Under the pieces are notes generated by a model. The model was not told the DNA's origin, searched no databases, and saw only the letters and a list, made by a program, of their open reading frames with translations. Made by a program: the position numbers and the translations under genes. Below, in pieces: positions 53,150-64,000 of a stretch of 64,000 bases of DNA. Source of the DNA: the human T2T-CHM13v2.0 reference genome, Homo sapiens; assembly GCF_009914755.1 (NCBI RefSeq), contig NC_060931.1, one strand, 5' to 3'. Position 1 is the first letter of the stretch. Each line of letters begins with the position of its first letter.

Positions 53150-55210
53150 AAATGGAATGATGTAATCCATCTCAAGATTGAAAGAATGAGACGCAGGCTC
53201 ATTGCATGCTATTGAATCAGCTGGAGGATGCTGTATGGAGGTCACTGATTACTTTGCCATGGTAGTTTCAGCCAAGCATAGGGACAAAATCCTGATAAAA
53301 TTATGTTGAAGTGAGACGGATTGTTGAGAAAGTGTAGGTGAGTATAGATACATGTTGGGATAAGATTTTCTATAAAGGCTACAGGGAAATGGGCAGAGAA
53401 AATGATCCTGTGGGGAATTAATTTTTCTTTTTTACAATGTAGTCTCTTACAGTGTATGTATATTTTTATGAAAATGAGCCAGTAGGAAAAATAATGATTT
53501 AGGTAAGAGAGAGTGTGTGATTACAGAAACAAAGTCTGGTATGCTAGAGGAGATGAGATACAGTGCAAAGGTAGAGGGAATAGCCATTCATAACAGAAGG
53601 AAATTGCATTCCTTAAAGGAGCAGGGAAGTTTGAGCTCCTAGGATCAAGTCCAAAATCCTGATCAACTAGAAGACTTCAAATTATCTTGCCATTATCTTC
53701 AGCCTTATGTGTCCTATTCTTTCTTTCACAGTCTCCTCTGCAAAAATGGTGGCCTTCTCTTGGTTCTTTCTATAGTCCCTCTTTGTTCTTCCAACTCAAA
53801 GTCTACACATACATTATTCCCATTACCTGGACCAGTTTCTCATCCAAATCTACCTCTTTTCTACCCTCTCTGTTTGTTCAGTTAATGGCAACTTGTGTTT
53901 TAAGACTAGACTTAAATATTATTTTCTGAGTGATACCTTTCTGATCCCTAAAGTAGGCTGTGAGCTTTAGTTATGCACATAAACAGCATCCTGTGTTAGC
54001 CTACAACGTTCATCTCACTGACACTTATTTGCTCTTCTTTCTGCATTGTGAGCTCCATGCAGATAGATTGTTTTCCCTTATGACATTTCTGTATCCTATA
54101 ACAGTTGACATATGATAGATTCTTACAAATTTTACAGATTGACTGACCACACTGCCTAATTAAATGAAATTCTATTTTTAGGTTTTTTTAAGTCTTTAAA
54201 TCCCTATAGCTCTGTGAAATATGAATTTAGTATAGAGGAAACTATTACACTGATGTCCATTGACACTACAATTCAGATGAGTAAGAAATCACTTAGTAGA
54301 AAGCAGAGCAAGGTGGGGATGAAACATGGGCTGTATAAGCTCCATGGTAATTGAAGGGATCCGTAAATATCTAAAGTATCAGCGAAGGATTCAGCATGAA
54401 ATTGACTTTAATGGAGGGAATAAAGTCACTCTGTTCTCTGCAGAAAAAAATACAAATTTCCCCACACTCTGTTTTCAATTCAGTAAAAATAACACTGGTC
54501 TTTTCTTTTTTGTTAGCCTGATCATGCTTCAGACTTACGGCCAGTTTAGAGAAGTTGATTACTCTCAAATATGGTTTGGCAATAGCATTTTCCAGCTTGC
54601 TCCCATCAACTGAGTATCTGCTTTATATTATTTTTTTCCAAATTTGTTTTGAGCAGTTGAATGCCAACCGATTTTCCAATGTAAATGTTTTTGTTTTCAT
54701 TCTGTATTTCTGACATAGCTACCTTTTTCAAATTGTCCTTGAGGAATCATTAAGTGTTCAATCTATATTTTGTGTATATGACAAATATTTATTGAGAATT
54801 TATTACATTATAGGCATTGTTCTTAGTGGACAGAGTATACATGGCATTTACTCCTGACTCAAGTTGGTATACAACTAATTACAAAATATAATAGGAGGTG
54901 ATTGGAACTATTGGAAGATTTTAAGTGGTGTGCTTTTAGGGTACAAATGAAGACATAATAAACTGTCTTGAGAGAACTGAAGAGAACTTATAGAAAACTT
55001 TGGATTGGGGCCAATGCTAAAAGTAGTAACTCAACAACATATTCAAGTAGAAATGAAGGTATGATTACCAGCACAGAGGTATCAAGTGTGTTTGGATAAG
55101 TGACTTCTCTGGTGTGACAGGAACACTGTGTATCTGGATGAAGAAGAGTAAGGACATGAAGCAAGAAAAGGAAGTTAGAGCCAAATTTCACAGGACGTTG
55201 AATGGTTTCT
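53150..55210. mobile_element. Cluster of degraded L2 fragments in both orientations
   Basis: L2-like ggaggtcactgattactttgccatggtagtttca (minus); aggatcaagtccaaaatcc...tgtgagctccatgc (plus); atatttattgagaatttattac (minus). Confidence 0.55.
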
Positions 55211-55489
55211 AATACTTAAAATTTTATTCTGTATGTGATATAGTGTAATTCAGACTTAACTTTTGAAATGTAACTAATTTGCATAATTGCTTCAAAATTT
55301 GGGAAAGAAGGAGCCCAGTTAGACAGCAAGAGAGAAAGAAGGCCTGAATTTTGGAGAAAAGAAACTCCCATCCATTTATCAAACTCCTACTGGGTGCCTG
55401 GCAATGAGCTGAATGCTTCATAGAAAGTCTGAGCTAAAACTTTCAACACTTTTATGAAGTGGGCATTTGTACTGAGAAGAGCAAGTAAT

Positions 55490-56080
55490 AATAATAGCAA
55501 TATTTATGTGCTTATTTCTAAGTGCTCTTCATGATTTTTAACTCACTGAATCCTCTCAACAACCCGAATGGAGTCACAGAGAGAATAACTTACATAAAGT
55601 TACATGGTTTGTAAGTGGCAGAACTAGGATACAGACTCAAGGAGCACAGCTCCAGGGCCCTTTCCTTTAACTCTATGTGTTACTGCAGATAAAGAGTCAA
55701 CATACTGGGCATAAGCCTATTGTTCTTTATGGGTTAACAGCGGACATCACAGAATCATATGAGATAACGGCAGGAGAAGGAGTGGAAAGAGAAATTATGA
55801 ATCAGGTACTGAGTTCTTTTAAAGTGATTTTTACTTTTGTTATGACTTTGAAAAATAAAATTAGATAGCAATATCCAGCACTGTGTGTTAGTAAAGAACA
55901 TGAACTCCAAAGAGAGAATTCCTGGATTGAGTTCCGGCTTTGCCAGTTGCTGTGTGACCGTCAGGAAGTTAATTAACACTTCTTTTCCTATTTCTTGTAT
56001 GCATTATTGGTGATATCGAGTATTGGTAAAGTACTTAGAACAATGTCCTGAGTGTACCCAAATTAACACTATATAATTGT
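55490..56080. mobile_element. Two MIR fragments
   Basis: tgaatcctctcaacaacc...gtaagtggcagaactagga (minus); gagttccggctttgccagttgctgtgtgacc (plus). Confidence 0.6.
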
Positions 56081-57588
56081 TAAATACAGTGAAAATAAAA
56101 TGTCAACTTAAATCTTAATTATAGCAACGATTCTATTAGCTAAAAATCTTAATTTAGAGCAAAAGAATAAAAAGTCTGTATTTATGTACAAGCTCCACTA
56201 ATTTATGACCTGAGGGGGAGTATATCTACATCTAAGAAAATAAATGGGTCATCCAACAAGGGTAGTTTTGCTGCTTGTTTGGTTCTGAATGGACTTTTCC
56301 TCTACCTGGGAGAACTGGTGACTGAACTTCCTGCCTGTCTAAGAGGTTTGATGGAAGTAACTATTCTACAGCAGTGGCTTATTTTCTAGCACAGTTAACA
56401 GGCATCTGGTGATTTTCTGCAACTATCTTTCATAAAACGAGCTAAATTTTTACTGGATTGGATGTTGAGATTTTATTATACATATGTAAGTGTGTCTCTT
56501 TTTCTTTCTTTCTTTTTTTTCTTACTTAAATGTGACTGCCTAGAGTACTAGAAGGTTTTGTGAGAAGTGGAAAATTTATTAATTTTTATTTTATAAAATT
56601 CCTGAGTTTTTCCTTATTTCAGCATGTTTGGAGAAATACCTATGTGTATGAAATAGCCTGATAGGTTTTAAGTGGCATTTTTGTTCCAGAGATTTTCCCT
56701 TATGACTTTGATTCAATGAAATCAGCATCATGATGTCTAAGATCTTAATAACTAATATCAAAATAAGCATATTTCATGGTAAATGCTTGCATTATATTTG
56801 AGCAAAACATATATTTTTAGAGTCTATTGCAAAAACTAGTACCAACGCAGTGGATCAAGTATGAAATAATCCTTATTCTGTGTAGAATGTGGTGAAATTT
56901 ACTAGGGCAGAGCTTGCATGTTTATTTTCACTTATTTGCAATTGTCTTCAATATTATAGATATTTTATTCTCCCCAATGCATTTACCTTCCAAAATAGAG
57001 CAGGCTTTGGATTGGTAAATAAATCAGAAAAGAAAACCTTGTGTGAATCCAGTGAAGTGCTAAAGCAGCTTATAATAGCCCTGAAAGGATGAGGGAAAGG
57101 GCGTTTAAAAATCCTCTGGGGATATTTGACAAGCAGCTTCCTTTCATGCTAGAGAAAAACTGCTTATATACCTGGCTTTTTTTCTCACATGAGTTTCTGG
57201 GTCATGACTCCATCTAACATAAGCTGCTTATGCTTAGCAATTCCCAATTTCCTCTTCAAGGATAAAAACATTATATTTGAACATACATATAGGTTAATAA
57301 AAATTCCCTATGCCTTTTATTTAGCAAACAAGATCATATATTAGGCAGAGATAGGATAATAGTTTTAAAATATCCAAAAAATAAAGTATTATTCTGATTT
57401 GCAATCACCCTTTACAACTAAATCTTAGTGTGAATTGTCACATTGTCTACCATTTAATTAAACCATATTATTTATAGTGAATGAAGTCAATTATTTTTCC
57501 ATAAATGTTGATATCTTTTTAAAATATTATTTTTTGATAGACTTTTTTTAAACATTCAGTTGTAAGAAAAGCAACATCTGAGAGATAG

Positions 57589-57907
<319 letters not shown>

Positions 57908-58319
57908 CAGTCTTTACCGTTCTAAGGTGGATGAATATCAAAGTAGTCCCCGGGTTAGGAAAAAAAGCGCTTGGTGGATGAGGCTGCAAACAACAAAAGC
58001 TGAGAGAGAGCAAAATTATGTAAGAGAGAGCATAACTCAGGAGGACTCAGCCCAAGATGGTGCTGGAGAAACTCCAAGGAGGTTCAAGTCTACAGGCAGA
58101 ATAAAGGTATTTAAGAGATGTAGCAACTGCTTTGAGGGGTGAAATGTTAGGCAAAACTGACGGTTTAAAAGGATTTTAAAGAAGTTTTGTTTTATATGTG
58201 TTCTTTCTCTTCTGTTTTATGAAATCTTCAGAAAAATCTTTATTCCCTCTTAATGTTATTGTAAAGTATTTACTTACCAGTTATAGAAGTAGATTTTTTC
58301 TCTCATTTGCTTACTAAGG

Positions 58320-58560
58320 TATTATTTAAAACAATACTATTTATTTATTTTAAGTGCGCAGTTTGGTGAATGTAGTTGTTATATAATTGTGCAACCATCA
58401 CCACAAGTGAAAGAGTACTTCACTCTAAAAAGTTTTCTCCTGCCCCTTTCCACCCCATACCCTTCCCTAACCATGGCCCGAGGTCACCGCTGATTCCCTT
58501 TGTCACTATAATTTGCCTTTTTGAGAATTTCATGTAAATGGGGCGTATAGTACATAACCT
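58320..58560 (-). mobile_element. Old L1M 3'-end fragment
   Basis: ttttaagtgcgcagtttggtg...gtgcaaccatcaccaca...gaatttcatgtaaatgg. Confidence 0.65.
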
Positions 58561-58969
58561 TAGCACAGGGTTTCTCTGTCTTTTAACTACTGACATCTTC
58601 TCTATGTTTTCCTCTCTTCTACATCATTGATTTTTACATTTGCATTTATTGTGTCCTTACTTTGGTTTGCATTGTGTTCTAGACTTCTCTTCTTTTTATT
58701 GTTTCCTAATGTTTAAACTTAGCAACTGAAATGTTTAAGTAATAATGGCAGTAAGAAGCCTAATGAATTTACTTTCATCTACAATTCTGTGCATTTTCTT
58801 TGCATTGTTTTTTGTTGGTTTGACAAGAAACTGAGATCTGTGCAATTTTAAATGGAGTATAAGCAACAGTTTTCTGTAGTTCTTTAACTGGGAGTAGCTT
58901 TTTGTGATATTGTTAATCATGTGTGATGTGAATAGGTTTTCATCAAACGCCAAAGAAAACAAGAAAACC

Positions 58970-61900
58970 TATGGTGGATGCTGTGTTTACCGCAGGGTTT
59001 TTCCTTCCGGACCAAAGCTATCATTTCCCCAGCTGCCAGGACTGTTGGCATTGCACTCCTACGTGGAAATTACCTGTGGTCAGGTGCAGCTGCCTCACCT
59101 AAACCTACATACTTTTTTCTGGGACAACCCATAATCAATGATATGAGTCATGAGATAATTATACATGTAGGGAGAGAAAAGGTTAATGATACTTCTTTGC
59201 CTGAAATGGGGATGGCACTGAAGAACCATGCTAGCTCCAGAGTTCCCCATGGGCTCAGCTGAAGCACTGTAACTGCATTGTAATTAAACTTTTTTCCTTG
59301 CCCAGTCCTGCTTTCTTCAGAGCCTTATAGGTGTTGAATAGAGTGTGCTCCCTAATAACACAAATACCCATCTCAAATTTTATTTCCAGAAAATCTGACC
59401 TAAAAGAGCTGGTGCCATGTGTGGCTCTAGGAAACAAACTTTAAAATGCCAATTGGGGATTGAATCACCTACCAGCCAGATGATAACAAAGACCCTATCT
59501 CTGATTATCAGTAGTGTATCAGTAGCTCTTGATATTCTGTAGTGATGCAATTATGAAAACTCTCACCTGTGTTAAGTGGATGGGACACCTGTGGAAGCAA
59601 TGTATCGGCTAATGAAATTTCTCAAGCCTTTGAGAGATATGGGGAAAGTACTAAGTACTACAAAATTAAATGGTTGTTGGAAGCTATGGATCTGTTAGAG
59701 AAACAAACGAAAGGCTGAATGTCAATGATTGCCAATTTAAGGTGAAATGTGAAAGTCAGAATGTTTCTGTGGATCTCTGTAGAGACTTATATTTTGGCTA
59801 ACAAAGGGTTCTTCCATAATATGAGATTTAATAGCCTCGCAGGGACCCCATGAGACAATGCTCACATGCTACTATGATCGCATTTGGAAGTATAGAAAAA
59901 GTAATGGGCTAAGCTAAATATAGAAGAAGGGTTCAAAAAGCTCAATGAGGTGTGCATGCTGGAATGGCTATATTAAGTAAGGTTTAAAAAAATCTACCAG
60001 TCTATGTTCCACGGGAGGGCCAAAAGGACACTCCATTTTTCAAAGAAATATGTTAGCGAGAGGAAATCAGTATCACTGAGAAGCTCAGCAGTGGTTGCTC
60101 TCTGTAGGCCGGGTTCAAAATAGAAAATGCTGATTAGGAACAGGGCTCCCTGAAAGTAATAATGACCCTGATATAATAGAGGCCAGCTGGCAACATTTAA
60201 CCATCAGAATTCAGGTGGGAGCAATTACCATAATAGGTTGAAAGGTCTGAATGGCAGTCCATGATTCTGCCCCGTGGAGAACTATTGAAAAAAGAGAACA
60301 GTGTTCCCAGGCACAAGATAGTGGGAAAGCAAACTTGAATACTGTGTAAACTATACAGTCAGAATATATCAAAGATGGGAGATGAGGAGGCTGAAGGCAG
60401 TCTTTCCAATAAAATGTCACATTCTTATGCCTAGTTCTGAGACTTGAGCCAGCTCTAAAACTGGAATTCACAGGTCCCCATAGGAAGGATCCTGCAACAA
60501 CAGTGCAAGTGTAGACAGCAATGATAGCCCCAGTGGTTTTCTAAATAAGCTTATGACTATTTACTTGGAAACTATGTACAGAGAAGAGGGAAATAAAAAC
60601 TTTGGATGTAGGACCCAAGGTCTGAGAGTATACAGATAACCCAGGCCTCAGTGTCATCATGGTGCCACTATTAAGGTAGACATGTATAGGAACTTAGTAA
60701 TAAACTAAATCCTGACCAAGGTCTGGCTTACAGCGTTTTTGCTAGGTCCACAGATCCACCAAGTGTATTTTTTTTCCTTTCTGATTCCTGAATTTCCCAG
60801 ATGTTCTGGAAAAATAGAATGAAGGGTAATCTTTTGAAGGTAGAGATGTAAGACCAGCTTAGAGAAGATACCCTGCAAAGATGGGGCACCATTCTCCATG
60901 AGAACATGGTATATATTCTATATTAATGAACATTTTTGTATACTATTTATTCAAATAGTAAAATGTACGGGCCCTGGAACCAAAGGACAGAAGTAGCATC
61001 ACTCCCAGTGACCCAGTTGGGAATCTGTATTCCCTACTCCCTCAACTTTAGGTTCTGTGGGCTTAGAGCAACTGGAGATTATTTTGCATCCCCCAACCCC
61101 CTTCCCTCAAGGTACATTTGGCAATGTCTGTAGACATTTTTGGTTGTCACTACTCAAGAGTGATACTGGAAACTAGTGGCTAGAGGCCAGGGAGGCTGCT
61201 AAATGTCCTGTGATGTACTAGAGGGCCCACAGCAAAGAATTATCTGGATTAAAATGCCAGTAGTGCCGAAGTTGAGAAAACCTGATCTGGAGAACATGCT
61301 TTCCAGAGGGGAATATGCTCTCACCAGGGGGCAGAGTAAGAGTTTAATTGAACTTGAAGCTATAGTTGCCATCCAATCACTTCAGAATCCTGAGCCCAAA
61401 GTAATGCATGTAAGTGAAATAATCAACATCCAGATGGTGTAATTGGTCCTCATCATTAGGAGGCAGTAGGGAAGCTATCATATCACAGGACAGGGAGGCT
61501 CACCCCTAATACTCAGGTGACACAGTGCACCATTGTTTTTTTGTACTCTCTTGACCAATTTTGATAATAAGTGAAAAGGTGCAGTAGCCATGGCTTGATG
61601 AGGGCATAGTGACTGGGAGCTCAGGGGCATATCACCAGGTATGCCACATAGAGAAACAGAGGTTCTGTCCATGGGCATGAAGAAATAAAAGGAAGGATAT
61701 GATGAGTTTTTAGATAAGCTGCATCAACAGAGATTATGATCTGTTCCACTCACCTTCAACTTTTAAGTTTCCTGAGGAAATGAGACAAAGCAGAATTTTG
61801 CAAAAGTAGTTCCTGGATGGGTTGATTACAGTAAGAAGCAAATGGATCTGAGTGGGTGGTAATAAAATAGATCTTTTGGTGCACTGTTCATTCAGGACCA

Positions 61901-62208
61901 AAGTACTTATTCTCCCAGCAGAGAGACCTTTGGCTGCTGAGATCTCAGAGCTTTATCCCCTCCCAGGAATCCCCCTCACTCATTAATGCAGGAGTGAGAG
62001 TTGCCTCTATGTCAGATTACTCTCAAAGCAAACCACGGGGCAGGTGACCTCTCTTTTGCAATTGTATTACAATTGCATTTGGTCTCTAGTACCCAATCCT
62101 GCTTTCCTCCTATCCTTAGAAGTGTTGTTCCCAAGTGCACACTTTACTATATGTCTGCATAAAAATTTTCATCACAGAGTCTGCTTGCAGGACCCCAAAC
62201 TTAATCAG
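58970..62208 (+). mobile_element. Degraded ERVL provirus: LTR16-like 5' LTR (about 58970-59407), ERV3-16A3-like internal region, LTR16-like 3' LTR (about 61860-62208)
   Basis: Both ends share ggaccaaag...cccagc and ccca(g/a)tcctgctttc motifs; tggtgcca PBS-like start after the first LTR; no long ORF. Confidence 0.65.
61070..61284. mobile_element. MER20 hAT-Charlie MITE nested in the ERVL internal region
   Basis: acatttggcaatgtctgtagacatttttggttgtcac...gaggccagggaggctgctaaa...gttgagaaaacctg. Confidence 0.85.
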
Positions 62209-63409
62209 AATCAATGAAACAATTCTAACAAGTTGAGATGATGAAAGCATTGTCCTGAAAATCCACATATAAGAGGTATATCTAAAAATTATTTGCTAGA
62301 TGAAATGGAAACATTTTGAAACCCTTTTTATTAACAATGAATTTTCTTTAAAAATTTTAGTAAGCTGGACAGAGAATAAATGAAATAATAACAATGGAAA
62401 TCAACTAAAAAAGCGATAGCAAAGTCAGTAATATTAATACTGAAAGCAAAATTCAACTGCTCTACACTTAATTGTTGATATCAGTAACTAATGTCAGAAG
62501 CTTTGAAAGAAAATAAAGGTAAAAGAGGAAGAGATAAGTTTTGTGAGAGAAGATTAAAGATACTTGGACAGAATGTGGACACCAAACCACAAATTCTGAG
62601 TAATCACAAGAAGATGATCATAATTTTACTGTTAAAATTTGTACAAAAATTACTAGAAGATTATGGCTACAAATTATTGATGATGTGATAGGATTATACC
62701 TTTTGTTTTTTCATACTGTCGCTTGATAAAATGATATGGAGTAATAGTGAAATGAAAATATTAGTTTATTTTTCAAATTCAAATAGTACTTTGTGTATAA
62801 ACGATTACACTAATATAATAGTATACAAATAATACTATTTGTATTCAGACAGTACTTGTATATATATTAATAGCATGAGGAATAACAGTCTTGCACCATA
62901 TATATTTTAAAATAAGCAAAACTGCAAGTACAAAGGAAAAAGAGGAAGGTCTAATTAACACTGCCTAGTGTTAAGATATAATAAAAAGGAATTGGCTGGT
63001 TTGTAGTGTAATTTTGACACCACTGGTACTCTATGTTGGCAAATATTGGAAGAAAATCAGTGAGTAGCAGTTTTCCGTGGGGGGCTAAACAGGGAGCCCA
63101 GAACACAACAAAGCCACTGCATCATATGCAGTGATCGGTGATTCAGTGGATGAGTACACTCTCCTAATATGGGCACATGAGGAGTCAACACTGTGAGTTT
63201 GCTCACCCAGGGAACAGATTCCCCCAGGGGAACAGAGAAAAATCTGTGGATAGGGTGTGAGTTGTCTTGGGCTATGAACCATCAGGGCAGGCTTAATAAG
63301 TATAGACTTGCCTTTGCCTTGGCTATCATGCTAGGCAGTCACAGTCCTTAGGGAGAAGGAAGAGAAAGATGGATTTATATGAACTGTTATTTTAAACTGA
63401 CAACAAAGT

Positions 63410-63469
63410 AAGCAAACAAAACAACAATTAAAAACAAAAAAGCAAACAAAACAACAATTAAAAGCAAAA
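63410..63469. repeat. Two-copy 30-bp tandem repeat
   Basis: aagcaaacaaaacaacaattaaaa(a/g)caaaa twice. Confidence 0.9.
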
Positions 63470-63579
63470 GAGGAAGTCACAAAGCATTTTCTACATGCAA
63501 ATAGAAAACTAATATTGGTCCAACGAATAAAATGAAAAGGAAACAATAAACTAGGAACACCGTTTGCATTAAAGTTCAC

Positions 63580-63830
63580 AGAGCATGGTTTGAGGGTCTG
63601 CTCTGGGTCAGTCAATCCCGTATTAAACTCTCATTTTAGTTTAAACTAAGAGTGTGGCTTTGGGCAGGTATATCAGCTTCTCCACGTCTCTGTGCCCTTG
63701 TCTGTAGAATAGAGATAATAATGGTGTCAATATCATGGTCTTATTGCAAGAATTAAATATAATGAAAACTGTAAAGGTCTTGGCACAATTCCTGGCCCAT
63801 CTGTATTATTATTACTATTATTAAAATAAA
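63580..63830 (+). mobile_element. MIR SINE
   Basis: gtgtggctttgggcaggt...tctctgtgcccttgtctgtagaatagagataata. Confidence 0.65.
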
Positions 63831-64000
63831 TGAAAGCAGATAAACACAAATAAAGATATATATATATTTGTATATATACACACATTAGGGTATGAAAAAT
63901 AATTTTAAACATAGAAATTCTCATGGTTAATATGTATTAAAATGTTGAATATCAGTAGTAAAAGATACGCAGTTTAATACTCCTAATTTTTCCTACCAAG

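Overview
AT-rich, CpG-poor mammalian genomic DNA, primate and human-like: it carries AluY/S/J, L1PA, THE1/MST, MER2, a half MADE1 and a solo HERV-H LTR7. It looks like a large intron or intergenic region, and a large share of it is recognisable interspersed repeats. I found no credible protein-coding gene, RNA gene, CRISPR array or prokaryotic feature; the ORF-track entries are short chance or repeat-derived ORFs. Repeat family names come from my recall of consensus sequences, so subfamily calls and the boundaries of old elements are approximate and need RepeatMasker/Dfam. Four observations stand out. (1) An ungapped 169-bp inverted duplication, about 93% identical (38095-38263 vs 38489-38657), lies inside an ancient L1ME. 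(2) A solo LTR7 promoter on the minus strand points at a well-defined 165-nt candidate exon (18183-18347). (3) There are candidate frame-preserving plus-strand small exons (48621-48674, 51255-51284). (4) There are several templated-insertion or inversion scars. I cannot support a claim of a new biological system from the sequence alone.
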